From: Eledone cirrhosa
Taxonomy: Eukaryota
Reading direction: 5' to 3'
Length of the DNA stretch: 64,000 nucleotides
Assembly: GCA_964016885.1 (NCBI GenBank)
Contig: OZ024745.1
Span: 93,806,001-93,870,000, forward strand
Under the pieces are notes generated by a model, which saw nothing but the letters and a program-made list of their open reading frames with translations, had not been told where the DNA came from and ran no database searches. Shown here one piece after another: positions 11,675 through 24,458 of the stretch. The position numbers and the translations under genes are program-made. The number at the start of each line of letters is the position of its first letter. Positions within the stretch are counted from its first letter, which is position 1.

Positions 11675-12935
11675 TATATATGCAGATGATCTAACGTTCA
11701 TAGCTGAATCAATGGCTGAACTAGAGAAGAAATTCCAAACATAGAAGCATGGCCTAGAATCAAAAGGCCTTAAAATTAACCCGTCTAAGACTAAAGTTCT
11801 AGTTTGTAGGAAGGAAAATAGGGCACTGGTCCCATCTGGGAAATGGCCATGCTCAGTGTGTAGGAAAGGAGTAGGCAGAAACTTCATTTTATGTTCCAAA
11901 TGCAAAGTATGGGTGCATAAAAGATGTAGTGGGATCACAGGTAAGCTAACTAAGAATATAGATTTTATATGTGGCCGGTGCTCAGGTGCAATAAGTAGCA
12001 GCAAGTGTCCACAGAATACTAGCTCATTCCATTGCACAGATGGTTCTATAGAAATAGTGGACACCTTCCGTTACCTGGGTGACAAAATCAGCAGTGGTGG
12101 AGGGTGCTCTGAAAGTACAGCAGCTAGAGTCAGAACGGGATGGAAAAAGTTCAGAGAGCTTATACCACTATTGGCCGCTAAAGGGTTCTCTCTAAAAATG
12201 AAAGGCAGGCTGTATGATGCCTGCATACGAACAGCAATGTTACATGGCAGTGAGACTTGGGCATTGTGTGCAGAGGATATACGCAGACTGGAGAGGAACG
12301 AAGCTTGCATGCTCCGCTGGATGTGCAATAGTAATATACGTGAACGTCTAAGCATAAATGAACTAAGGGAGAAATTAGGAATAAGAGGAATCAGATGTTG
12401 TTTACTCGAGAGAAGACTACGTTGGTATGGTCACGTGATGCGCATGAAAGACGACAGCTGTATAAAAAAGCGCAGGGCGATCAAAATAGACGGTAGCCAC
12501 GGAGTAGGCAGACCCAGAAAAACCTGGGATGACTTGATAAATTCCGACCTCACCAAGACAATGTCACTGGACTGAAATCTTTGGCGCTACACAGTAATAC
12601 AGAAGACCCGCTTTGCCTAAGTACAAAGCGAAACCTACAGTCAGTAGGCACCTCTAACAAAAATACACCACCCCTTTTGATTTAAAGTTATGTTGGTACC
12701 ACAACATCCAGGCCGAAATAAATGAGGTCGTGTAGGTGTCACGAAAAAAAAAACACACAGTCCACCCTGTAATGTGGCCGTGTAGATAACACGGTAAAAA
12801 CCTCCCAGCCCACACTGTAAACGTGGTTGGTGTTAGGAAGGGCATCCGGCTGTAGATCTTGCCTCAAGTGGGAAAACTCCCGTCCAAACCCATGCAGGCG
12901 TGGAAGATGGATGTTAAACGATGATGATGATGATG
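11675..12935 (+). mobile_element. 5'-truncated RTE LINE (YADD to 3' end)
   Basis: ORF 11856-12575 plus upstream YADD; near-identical to 9128-10172 and 28298-29812; (GAT)n tail. Confidence 0.95.
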
Positions 12936-13819
12936 ATTTGGTGTGTTCTGATTACAATTTATGAGTAAATTATTAGCCAAAAGCAAAAGGGTGGATGAAC
13001 TCCACAGGGTCATTAGCCATCCATCACAACTATGGGTTAAATAGCCTTACCAAGCTGCACTTGGCCAAGCATGGTCAGTACAGCTACACCCTCTGGAGAG
13101 ATTAAACTCAAAGACAATAACACATGCGATCCTCGTAACTGTCCTGTTATGTTGCTTTGGCTTGTCACTGGACACATAGCTGCAGGGATGGAGTGGGTGC
13201 TATGTGTGTAGTACACAAGCACATAGCATTGCCATCTTTATGTGCAGATATCTCTTCACAAATCCCACAGCAGTGGAGGAGTGGCAACATGTGTAGACTC
13301 AACCGATTAGAAGCTCACAGTCACAAATCTACACATGTGCGGCTTGAGTCCTAACGTCCTAACCATCCTAACGTCGATGCACTGTTAACCTGAACATTAA
13401 CATGCATCGGTGGAGTCTTGAGTGTCTGATTAGCCCTTTTTGGGGATGTACAGCTCACCCACACCATATGGGTATGGTTTAGAAAAGGTGACCTAAATAA
13501 AGCCTGGCCAGCAGCCTGCAGTTGGCAGTGGTTCATAATAACAGGGAATTCGTTGAAGAGATGGCTGTCTTCTGTAAAGAAGTGGTAGTTATCATTAGCC
13601 AAAAGAGAACATGATATAGTACCAAATTCTATACTGAACTGGATGTAAGTCAACAATTCTACACCTCTACTATGGAACAAGAGAGAAGCTGGAAGCTTTC
13701 ACACTACACCCTAAAGCAAAAGAAATTATGTGCAGTAAATTTATACCTGGAACATTTTGGGAGGAAAGGCATTGTTAAGAGTAGTTACAGAAATAGCTAA
13801 GGGAATACAGTTCTTTAGT

Positions 13820-14291
13820 TATCCTTTATACTGAGCGCCTTGCTTCCCTGGGCATGGATACATTGAAGCTCCGACGCCTGGCAACTGACTTGGTAAACAC
13901 CCACAAAATTGTTAACCATGTTGCCAACAACAACCCTGAGTACCTTTTTGATTTCCATGTGTCTAACACACGTGGACATGCCCACAAAGTAAGAAAACAG
14001 CACAGTTCCCATGACTTTCGGAAACATTTTTTCACGCTCAGAGTTGCTGAAGCATGGAACAAACTACCTGCATCAGTTGTTAGCTGTCGAGACACTGCAT
14101 CCTTTAAGGCCTCCATGCTTCCTGAGATCCGCCAACACTACAGCTAATGTTCCCCCTCCATACACATACACACATGTATACCATGACACTATTCACTTCC
14201 CTGACATTTGTGTATTATTCTATGTACTATACATACACCTTTGACGAGTTGTAGTGCACCTGAGCACTTTACACAATAATTTCATTATTAT
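13820..14291 (+). mobile_element. CR1/L2-like LINE 3' end
   Basis: ORF 13854-14147 with TRGH..K...RKHFFTLRVAEAWNKLP motif; (TTA)n tail. Confidence 0.88.
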
Positions 14292-14597
14292 ACCTATCAG
14301 GTGCACATCAGAGATGACTTTCTGACAAGAATTGCTGGAATTCATGTTTGAGGACTCTTCCCCCACAGCCCTTCCAAGAATAAGTGGTGAGAGGAGAATG
14401 AGAAGAAGTTATCCTTTATTTTGCAGCAAGATAATGGAGTAGATATCAATTTTTATAAACAATACTTAAGGATTTTTCTATGTGAAATCCCAGCAAAATA
14501 TACAAAGGCAGCAGAATGAAAATCCCTTATTCACCTAAATAAATATGCAGAAGTATTATTGGAAACCATTTTTCCACACCTACTATCCTTAAAGACC

Positions 14598-15190
14598 ACC
14601 AGATAATAAATCAAGGTACTCTGACAAAGGGGTTTACATTTAGCTAGGAACTTCTCTTGTAGTTGTCCCACTAAAAAGAGGGCACCTATAGTACGCCTCC
14701 CTGGCATGAAACCAAACTGCATTCTCGTTTAATTTTACCATTTCCTTAATTAGTTGTGCCAAAACTTTCTGTCACTTTCAATACCTGGTTCCTTGGTTTT
14801 GTACACCAGTAGTTGCTCCTTTCTAGTGGATCATTTTTTTCACTGGTAGCAATTGATATGAGTATGCTACTACGTCAATCATTGGGTTTGACTCCATCAT
14901 GTACTACCTGACTTATTATGTGGGTAATTAGTTTGACTCCTTCTTCCCCAAAAGATTTCCACATTTCAGTAACTAATTTTCATGGACCAGCAGTCGTGCC
15001 ATTTTTCATCTCCTTGATTGCTTCTGTGACCCTATAAAATCAATTTTGATAGCTGGTTCATCTGTAGGTCAGCTAGGAGTAGTCTCTCTTCAACATTCAT
15101 CAAACTCTTGTAATAACATTTCGAGACCTTTTTCTTTTGGGCATCAGTGATGTACCAATGTCATTTTGAACACACTCTAAGCCTTTGAAG
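14598..15190 (-). mobile_element. Degenerate RTE RT fragment
   Basis: MQFGFMPGR.T..ALFLVGQLQEKFLAK (14531-14722) and decayed similarity to 15783-17354. Confidence 0.75.
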
Positions 15191-15386
15191 GAATTTATTT
15201 CATGATCTAAAGATTAAATCCATAAGCTTCTTCACTTCATATCAACTATGGAAAATAAAGAACTAAAAAAAAAAAAAATTTAAAAAAAGACAAAAAAAAT
15301 TATATATTGAAATAGTTGTGAAGTATGAGGTTTAACAATAAAATATTTTTTATTATAAAGAAACTGAAAAGAGATTCTTTGCTTAC

Positions 15387-15491
15387 CTGAGTGAATTCTG
15401 AGGATGCTACCCATAAGATATTCACAACCAATAGCACAACCACACCTAGGATTAACCTCTGCGGCTTTGACAATCCACTTAGCCTTAACAT
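15387..15491 (-). CDS. SLC35F5: SLC35F5-like transporter, first visible coding exon (MLRLSGLSKPQRLILGVVVLLVVNILWVASSEFTQ)
   Basis: GCCATG start. Upstream acceptor polypyrimidine+TAG (AG at 15528-15527, exon starts 15526). Donor GTAAG at 15386-15382, phase 0. The LGxxxLLxVxxxWVASSExT motif matches the SLC35F5 N-terminal TM helix as I recall it. The frame is open to the acceptor, so coding could start further upstream. Confidence 0.9.
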
Positions 15492-15789
15492 GGCAGGCTT
15501 GAATGGCGCATGCTGGACTGCGTAATCTACAAAAGAGAATAAAAAAAGACCAGTCTTAAAAAAGTTATTAGATTGATCCTAAAGTTCTATAGCACAAAAC
15601 CAAATATCAATGATTCACTCGTATGAGGTACAAAAATTGTGATAAAGGTAGTGGATTAGCAGAAATAGAACAAGAGAAAATACTTTACAAGTATTTAGTT
15701 ACGGCTTTTTACATTTTGAGTGCTAATCTCGCTGAGGCTGATGTCTTTGATCCTTCCAGGGTAGATAAAATAAATACTTTTATCACCTC

Positions 15790-18592
15790 ATCTTGGGTCT
15801 CCCCACTCTGCGGTTTCCATTGACTTCTAGTGCTCTGCACCTTTTAATGCAGCTGTCATCCTTCATACGCATCACATGTCCATACCAATGCAACCGCCTC
15901 TCCTGCACACAGCATTTGATTCCTCTTATGCTCAGTCTCTCTCTCAATTCATTTATGCTTTGTTGTTCGCGTATATTACTATTACACACCCATTGGAGCA
16001 TGCAGGCTTCGTTTCTTTCTAATCTACGTAAGTCTTCCACCTTCAGTGCCCAGGTCTCACTACCATGTAACATTGCTGTTCGGATACACGCATCATACAG
16101 TCTGCCTTTCATTTTGAGGGAGAAGCCTTTTGCAGCTAGCAGTAGTTCCCTGAACTTCTTCCATCCCGTTCTTACCCTAGTTATTGTACTTTCTGAACAC
16201 CCACCTCCGCTGCTAATTCGGTCACTTAGGGAGCAGAAGTTGTCTACTGTTTCTACAGAGCCCTCCCAGAGATTGGTGGTATTTGTTTCCTGTGGCTGTT
16301 TGCTGCTACATGTGAAGCCTACATTCTTAATTAAGCTTCCTGAGATCCCGCTACATCTCTTGTGTACCCATTGTTTGCATTTGGGGCAGAGAATGGAGTT
16401 CCTACCTACACCTTTCCTACATACTGAGCAAGGCCATTTTCCTGAGGGGATCTGGGTTCTGTTTTCTCGTCTACTTACAAGGACCTTAGTCTTTGTCATG
16501 TTGACTTTGAGACCCTTCCTTTCTAGTCCTTGCTTCCAAGTTTGGAATTTCTTCTCTAGTTCTACCATAGATTCAGCTATAAGTGCGAGGTCATCTGCAT
16601 ACAAGAGTTCCCATGAGCATCCGGTCTTAAACTCCTCCGTTATTGCCTGCAGGACTATGATGAACAGGAGAGGGCTAAGAACAGAGCCCTGGTGGACACC
16701 AACCTGTACGCTAAATTCTTCGCTATACTCATTGCTAATCCTAACTTTGCTGACTGCTCCCCTAAACATGGCTTGTACAGTTTTCACAAGCCATTCATCT
16801 ACTCTTAGTTTTGTAAGAGCCCACCAGATTATAGCACGTGGAACTCTGTCAAAGGCTTTCTCGAGATCGACGAATGCCAGGTAGAGTGGCTTACTTTTAG
16901 CTAGGTACTTTTCCTGTAACTGCCTCACAAGGAAGAGGGCATCAGTGGTGCCTCTTCCTGGTACAAACCCAAATTGCATCTCATCTAATTTCACCCGCTC
17001 CCTAATCAACTGTGTTATAATTCTTTCTGTTACTTTCATGACCTGGTCCATCAGCTTTATACCTCTATAGTTTCCTCTATCTAGTGCATCACCTTTACCT
17101 TTGTAGCAGTTGACAATGATGCTACTGCACCAATCTTTTGGTATGACACCTTCTAGTATTACCTGGTTAACAACACGTGTGGTTATAGTGTGACCTACAG
17201 ACCCAGATGCCTTCAGCATCTCGGCAGCTATACCCGATGGACCGGTTGCTTTCCCCATCTTCATATCTTTGATTGCCTTACTTACTACGCTGCTGCTGAC
17301 TTGTACTGCTGGCCCCTCTATAGGGTCTACTTGGGGTAGGGTCTCTTCTTCCAATGCATTCTCCTCATTTAGTAATCTATCATAATGGTTCTTCCATGCA
17401 TCTTTCTACTCAGCACATGTGAGGGCAAGCTCACCTTTATCATTCCAGATACACTTCTCTCCAATGACATCACAATTCTCTCTGACACACTGCCTTGCAA
17501 TCTTGAACACCTCCTGTTTCTGGTCCTGACGTTGCAAAACATGCTTCAATTTTCTATCCTCTGCTTCCCTCCTAGCTAAGTATACTTGTCGCCTAGCTTC
17601 CCTCTTGGTCTCTATGTAATGTACCCTGCTTCCCCCGTTCTTCCATTCTTTCCTTAACTGCCTCATCTACCTTATTGTTCCACCACCAAGTCACTCTCCT
17701 CCTGCTTGTGGTCTTACTCCAGCCACAAATCTCATCTGTCGCCTCTAGTAAGTTATTTTTTAGGAACTCCCAGTGCTCTTCTACATTGAATGTCTCTATC
17801 TGTTCTTCTTTACTGTTGTAGGCGTTGAGTAAAATATCTTTAAATCTGTTACTGGCTGAGGGGTCTTTCAGCTTCCAGATCTTTCTTCTCCAGGTTGGCC
17901 TCTGTTTCCAGGTTCGTCTAGTTCTGACCGTGAGGTCGCTGACAACTAAGCTATGTTGGGAGGTACATTCCTCACTAGGGAAGGCTTTTGTGTTTACGAC
18001 CGTCCATCTGTCACGTCCTCTGATGAGGATAAAATCTATCTGACTAGAATGCTCCCCTGATCTATAGGTGATCAGGTGGTTGTCGGGTTTTTTGAAGTTT
18101 GTGTTACATATCATTGGCATCGCAGAATTCTAGAAGTCTGAATCCTTCTTCATTTCTTGTGCCAACCCCATGGCCTCCATGGACTCTATTGAAGCCGTCA
18201 CAGTGTTTACCTACGTGTCCGTTAAAATCTCCTGCGATGATTAGGAAGTCATTGTTGTTTATTAGAGCAGTAGTGTGCATTAGGGACTCGTAAAACCTAT
18301 CCATAAGTTCGTCTGGCAACCCCGATTGGGGTGCGTAAGCTGATATTATTGTGGTAATTGTTTTATTCAGGACTAGTCTGAGTTTAATGATTGTTGCATT
18401 TACCCTGTACACTGAGATTACTTTATCTACCCACTTGTCAGCTAGTAGTATACCTACACCACCCATCCCATCGTCATTTCCCACCCAGAAAAATTTGTAG
18501 CACTGACTTTTTCCTACAAGGACTCTAGCAGACTCTCCTCTCCATCTAGTCTCTTGCACACAGCATACTTCAATTTCCTTTCGCTCTAGCAT
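15790..18592 (-). mobile_element. Nearly full-ORF RTE LINE (APE endonuclease + RT), frameshifted
   Basis: APE motifs VQETRW, SAYAPQ, GDFNGHVG, QIDFIL, SQHSLV; RT motifs FVDLEKAFD, GVHQGSVLSP, LLYADD; split over four ORFs. Confidence 0.96.
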
Positions 18593-19047
18593 CAATACAA
18601 ATGACTGGTTTCAACATGAATATAAATTCTTAATCATTTTATTGGTCAGTTGTTGTAATAGGAGTAGGAGAGACAGACGAACGAGGAAATAGCAAGTCTG
18701 AACTGTACTGGTGATTGAATCTTTATAAATCAATCAAATGTTGATCATGTGAATGGAGTGCAAGATATTTGTGGGAGTATAGCAACAACAGCAACAATAA
18801 CATCATCCCAGCAATAGGATATTGCCTATGACCTATACAAGCCCCAATATGTAAGCTAAACGACTAATTCTGGTCTTTTAAAAAATCAACAGTCACAACC
18901 AAGAAAAATTACAGATTTTCCAACCCCACCTCCTATTCCAGCCCCCCCCCCCCCCCCCCACACCATTATTTGGGACCCGAGAGTGAGATAAATGTATTGT
19001 TTGGTGCCAGATGGATGCATTATTATAGAACAGAAAAAAGGGTTAAC

Positions 19048-19802
19048 TGTAGCGAAATCTGTCCGTGCCTTGAACTTTGGGTGATACCTAAAGGTTAAAT
19101 TCTAGGTCAACACCCTTTTTGGTGTAGACAGGTTGACGCGTTGGCTATCCCCTCAAGGTGGGGAGACAGGAAGCGATAGCTATATAAAGCCTATATTTTC
19201 CCACTTTAAATACAGAGACATCAGAGCGATAGGATACACAACTAACTATGTAAAGATTACCCGCTAACTTCAGACCCCAGAGGTCTACAGAAAAGCCAGA
19301 GACATCGAAGCATTACGCTAGCAACTAACTATGTAAGGATTCACCACTATCAACAGACCCCATGGGGTCTACAGATACACACAGAGAGATTTGAGCCCTA
19401 CTACTACAGACCATGTACAAGCCACAGTGGTCTACCACCAATTACAGACCATTCAGAGATATACAAACCATATCTCTCTCTCTCTTACTAACTACGGTCT
19501 CACAACTACTACCACGGACTCCAAATTCCAACAACAATTATCTGTCGCTCGCTGTTTTCACACTAACAACAGACTACAACAGCCTCACATCAGCAGCAAT
19601 AACTACATTAACAACTCTTGGTAACTGTTTTATATGTACTTTTTAATTGACTCACGTGAAGTAAACTATATATAACCAAATCATTTATTCCTTATATTTT
19701 CGTTATTACATTTATACTTATTATTTTTGTTATTTCAACTATAACCATGCTAATCCATATAACAATAACTATTACTTAATTCATTTTTAACCCTTCGTTA
19801 AA
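19048..19802 (+). mobile_element. Solo LTR (probably Gypsy-type)
   Basis: Starts TGTAGCGAA, ends TTCGTTAAA (decayed ACA); 4-bp TSD TAAC on both sides; internal TATA box; homologous to 37622-38072. Confidence 0.75.
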
Positions 19803-20029
19803 TAACAGTCTAAAAACAACTATTTCCATATTAATAACTTATCTCGGGCCAACAAGAGAGCCTCTATGTTGTTGATCGACCAGCTAGAAATAGCAACTAA
19901 ATACATGGACCTGTCAATTTCTACAATGAGTATTTTAATTGTCCAATCAATTGAACTAGCTGTTCATATAATTGGTGTGTAAGTGGCTGAGTATTCCAAA
20001 GAGACCTACACATACGTATATATAAACAG

Positions 20030-20261
20030 AATCACTTGGAAAAAATAATTATTACATACACACACATCTATGTGTTGACTAAGGAAGGAGGGGTTGGTGA
20101 GAAACTATAGCGTTGTAAGATTCATCACAGCTATGTGTTTGTATCACTTGTGTGAGTGAGTGCGAAGGAACCAACCAGCCAACCAACAAACATCTGTTTT
20201 TTTATATTATGTATAGATATTACAATTAGTTGTCGTTTTTGACGGTATGGGCCCAACTGGT
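20030..20261 (+). mobile_element. Non-autonomous Helitron-like element; related copy ~21815-22171
   Basis: Shared internal segment (GACTxAGGAAGGAxGGGTTG...GAxAAACTATAG) and 3' hairpin (GCCGTCATTTTTGATGGC in the second copy) followed by a CTAG-like end. Confidence 0.5.
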
Positions 20262-20273
20262 GTATGTATATTT

Positions 20274-20391
<118 letters not shown>

Positions 20392-20422
20392 CAATAATCG
20401 AAGTTCAGTTTAAATAATTTAT

Positions 20423-20471
20423 TTGCTTACAATTGTTTCCTCCAAACCGAGGTTTGGATTCTTCGGAGCAA
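20423..20471 (-). ncRNA. Minimal type-I hammerhead variant (CCGAAGA core)
   Basis: Exact reverse complement of 20750-20798. Confidence 0.62.
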
Positions 20472-20749
20472 CTATTTAGTGATCTATAACATACTTGACC
20501 TCCTTTTCAACACAAGAGACATAAAACATATGCACATATTGATCCACAGTGGGATGACATCCATCAAAATGATATAGCTTTATCTTCATAGACTGCCAAT
20601 GCTTCATTTTTATTTTTATCCTTTATATGTAAATTGCCATGCTATATCATTTTGATGGATGTCATCCCACTGTGGATCAATATGTGCATATGTTTTATAT
20701 GTCTCTTGTGTTGAAAAGGAGGTCAAGTATGTTATAGATCACTAAATAG

Positions 20750-20798
20750 TTGCTCCGAAGAATCCAAACCTCGGTTTGGAGGAAACAATTGTAAGCAA
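20750..20798 (+). ncRNA. Minimal type-I hammerhead variant (CCGAAGA core)
   Basis: TTGCT-CCGAAGA-ATCCAAACC(TC)GGTTTGGAG-GAAAC(AATT)GTA-AGCAA. Perfect stem I, 8-bp stem II, palindromic stem III; U4>C and an A.G mismatch at the base of stem II. Confidence 0.62.
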
Positions 20799-21014
20799 AT
20801 AAATGATTTAAACTGAACTTTGATTATTGTAATCTCTATATAACTGCTCTGTAAAACAACCGATGTTATTACATTGAGCTATTTATCTTACTGGTAATAA
20901 GATAGTAATTAATGACTATCTTTCACTATTTAAGGTTTGTATAAAAAATATATTACCATAAAAGGTTTTATTACATACATAACCATAAATAGTATCCTTA
21001 ATACTATATATATA

Positions 21015-21774
21015 TATAGAGAATTAGTACATCTACCAACATATGCGTACAGATGTACACTCATGCGAGCAAATATATAAGTTATGTCTTAGTACCTATG
21101 TGGTTCTATGCAGGTGAATGCAGAACAATTATATGAAAGACGTAAAATAAGAAAATAAAAAAAATTAAAAATCAACTTACTTACTAAAATTTTAGTAAGT
21201 TGATTTTTAATTTTTAAAATTTTCTTATTTTATGTCTTTCATATAATTGTTCTGCATTCACCTGCATAGAACCACATAGGTACTAAGACATAACTTATAT
21301 ATTTGCTAGCATGAGTGTACATCTGTACACATATGTTGGTAGATATACTAATTCTCTATATTCATCTCCAAATTATTTGTTGAGCAAAACTGGCCAAAAT
21401 TTACTGCTGTTTCATGGTAGTAGTAGGCTCTTGTCATAATACCACCCCGCTCCTAACTGATTAACCTCGGTGTCACGTGATTGATTCTTTAGAATCTGCC
21501 ACTGACCAGAGGCAGTGAAATTTTTTCAGTGCTCCGGAATTTAGTTCACGCTAGCTTCATTCCATCTACTGAATTATTATTTTTATATGGGTTCCTAGTG
21601 TCCGCGCATTGCCTGGGAACTTAGCTGAGAATAGACTCCCTGATGACGCAATGAATTCTCTATAGTTATATATATTATGTAACTATATTTATCCCATTAC
21701 AGAAACTAATTAGTTGGAGTGAAAATTTTAGTAAGTAAGTTGATTTTTAATTTTTAAAATTTTCTTATTTTACG

Positions 21775-21785
<11 letters not shown>
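21015..21785 (+). mobile_element. Non-coding Penelope/retrozyme-like element: inverted arm + 536-nt unit + partial second unit
   Basis: Palindrome 21015-21189/21190-21360; direct repeat 21186-21245 about equal to 21722-21785; hammerhead at 21635-21720; flanked by (TA)n. Confidence 0.75.
21635..21720 (+). ncRNA. Type-I hammerhead motif with extended stem II
   Basis: ACTCC-CTGATGA-CGCAATG...CATTACA-GAAAC(TAATTA)GTT-GGAGT. Perfect stem I, palindromic stem III AACTAATTAGTT, two mismatches in basal stem II. Confidence 0.75.
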
Positions 21786-21820
<35 letters not shown>

Positions 21821-24413
21821 CCATCACTCACTGAAAGGAAGATGACTGAGGAAGGAAGGGGTTGAGGTGACAAACTATAGAAAACAGCAACCAGCGTTCT
21901 AAAATGTGTTACACTAATGTGAGTATATGTGTGGTGAATTGGCTTTTTTATTATTGTGAATCTTTGTGAGTTTATATTTATATACTCATACATATGTGTA
22001 CATAAGCACACCAAGATATTATCTTGATTATATATGTTAGTTGCAGATAGTCTTTTCACAAAAAAAATTTGTAATAAAAGAATTATTAAACTAAAAACTT
22101 GGTTTTGTACTCTTTTTATATATAAAATACTAGAATTAGCCGTCATTTTTGATGGCACGGGACCAGTTAGTCCTCTAAATACTTTAGTAGAAAATATGTC
22201 AAAGCAGGTTTGTAAGATGAAATAAAGAAAATTCTAACATAGGAAATATAATAAAATCAATTTCAGCTATGTTACTAATCTTTATTTCAGTATTTGGTAT
22301 TTCTAAAACAATGAGGGACAACTGACAATCTTTCATGTGCTTTACAATTACTAGCAGAAAAACCACCCTTCCGGTGGTTTTCTGTTAGCATGTGTAGTGT
22401 GTATATTGATACTATACACAAATATATATATACATGTAGATATGATACATCAAATAAAATCGTAATTGACAATATCATCATCATCATATAATACACAGAA
22501 ATTGAATGAAGACTGTTACACTGTCCTAATCAGTAACGTAATCCATGATACATTAAAAAAGACGATATTATACATAAACTGCATTAGGAGAAAATTAGCG
22601 ATGGAAAATTAGTATGTTTATTTAAGCGATCATCACCAGAAGTGTTGACATTTCAGAAATTTTAAAGAAGTGAATCTTTAAATAAACAAAATATATTTAA
22701 TGAACAGCCACGAAATTTAGTAGATAAATTATGTAATATTCATTCACTATTTATTCAAAATAATCCAACTTATTTTACAAACAGGGTAAAAAAAAAATAA
22801 ACTGTACGCAATCCCGCAGACCTTCCTTTATTATAGTTTAGATTTCATCAAAACTTCCTCTCTCTATTTCTCTCAAGTATGAAAAATATAAAACACTTGT
22901 AAGAATGACCATTGGAAAACTTGTTCAATAACAGCAGTCAAGCACTTACATGCAATATTATACACTACCTAATTTTATTTTATCAACTCTCTCTAAAGAA
23001 TTAAAATAAGCCTATTCTATATCATTTAACCCTTTAGTATTTACACTACTCTATATATATTGTATTTTCATGGTAAAGGTTTTACCTCACATAATTATCT
23101 CACATAATATCGAATCTATGAGATTTTGAGAACAATACCTTAACATCAGTACGAGTGGCTAGTTAAGGCCGGTCTGAACAGAAAGAGGCGAGAGAATTCT
23201 GGCCGGATACGGCCGGTTCAAATGCTAAAGGGTTAAAATCTGCACACATAAAACCAAAAATATGTTTTCAAACCCTACCAAAGTCAGCGTTCCTCTCATT
23301 CTTCCAAGGACATTAAATACCAGTAATACACTTCTATATCTCTCACTGCAGCAAATACAGACCAGTTTTCTTTAGAATACTCTTGAGAAGAAGAAAAAAC
23401 AAAAAAACTTACCAAAAATATTGCAAAAGATTTAGAGAAATTCAAATATCACTAGCCTAGAAGGAAGTAACTCTTATCCATTGCTCTAAGTGCATTGACA
23501 AGAAATCTTATTAATTTATAAACATCTTTAAAATCAACCAAGATACTTATGTGACTGAACACTACTTTCCACAGGATATTCTGTTCAGGTTTCTGCTGCA
23601 GTCTTTCAGTATATTTATTAAGATGGAAAAAATATTAGCAGATTGCCACTTGAAAGTAAAAAAAAAAAAAAAAAAAAAAGAGAAACAAAACATTTTTCTT
23701 TGTAACTTTAATAAAATCTCAACCATACTGTTAAATTAATTCAATGAGATGCTGTTGAAGCTAATAGCAACAATGATGATAATGTTAGTTACAGTATTAG
23801 CAAGACTAATGATGGTTTCTGATTTAGGCACAAGGCCAACAATTTAGAGGGAGGGGTGTGGGGAAGGTCGATTAAATCAACCCCAGTGCATTACTGGTAC
23901 TTTATCGACCCCCCCATATGGATGAAAGGCAAAGCTAACCTCAGCAATTGAACTCAGAATGTCAATCAATCAATCAATATTTATTATTTCAAATGAAATA
24001 ATAGAACACAGAGAAATATGTGCACATACATAAACCAACTTCAAAGACCAACCCTCACCTCAATGTGGTGCAGTTGGTAGAAACACTGGGTCACCTTCCT
24101 AGTAGGCCAACGAGGGCTCTAGTGAAGATGGTAGGGCTAATAACCCACCATTGGATTTCTACTGATTACGGAAAACATTCAGAATGTACAATTAAGTCAA
24201 AGATGTACATCCATATATGTATACTGAAATACTAGTATGTATATGAATACACACACGTATACATATGTAGATGTACCAAGTTTTTTTTCACTGATCACTT
24301 TACTGTGAGTGGCCAGCTATTCTGTATGTAAACACACAGACAAACCGGTTTTTAGAGTCATACTGGTTTTTGAGGAAACACCTTTCCTCTATTCTCCAGA
24401 AAGCCAGACAAGG

Positions 24414-24458
24414 AATATTGAACTAGTTTCGTTGTTGTTACAACTCATCAGCAATATT
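24414..24458 (-). ncRNA. Minimal type-I hammerhead ribozyme motif, intact
   Basis: Minus strand AATATTG-CTGATGA-GTTGT(AACA)ACAAC-GAAAC(TA)GTT-CAATATT. Perfect 7-bp stem I, 5-bp stem II with G10.1-C11.1, palindromic AACTAGTT stem III. Confidence 0.88.

Noticed and set aside
11432-12064. 210-aa ORF appearing to fuse RTE antisense sequence to SLC35F5
   Set aside because: Chance read-through across the intron acceptor; only 11492-11623 is exon.
15793-16884. 363-aa plus-strand ORF and similar antisense ORFs over RTE copies
   Set aside because: Antisense shadow of the RT reading frame.
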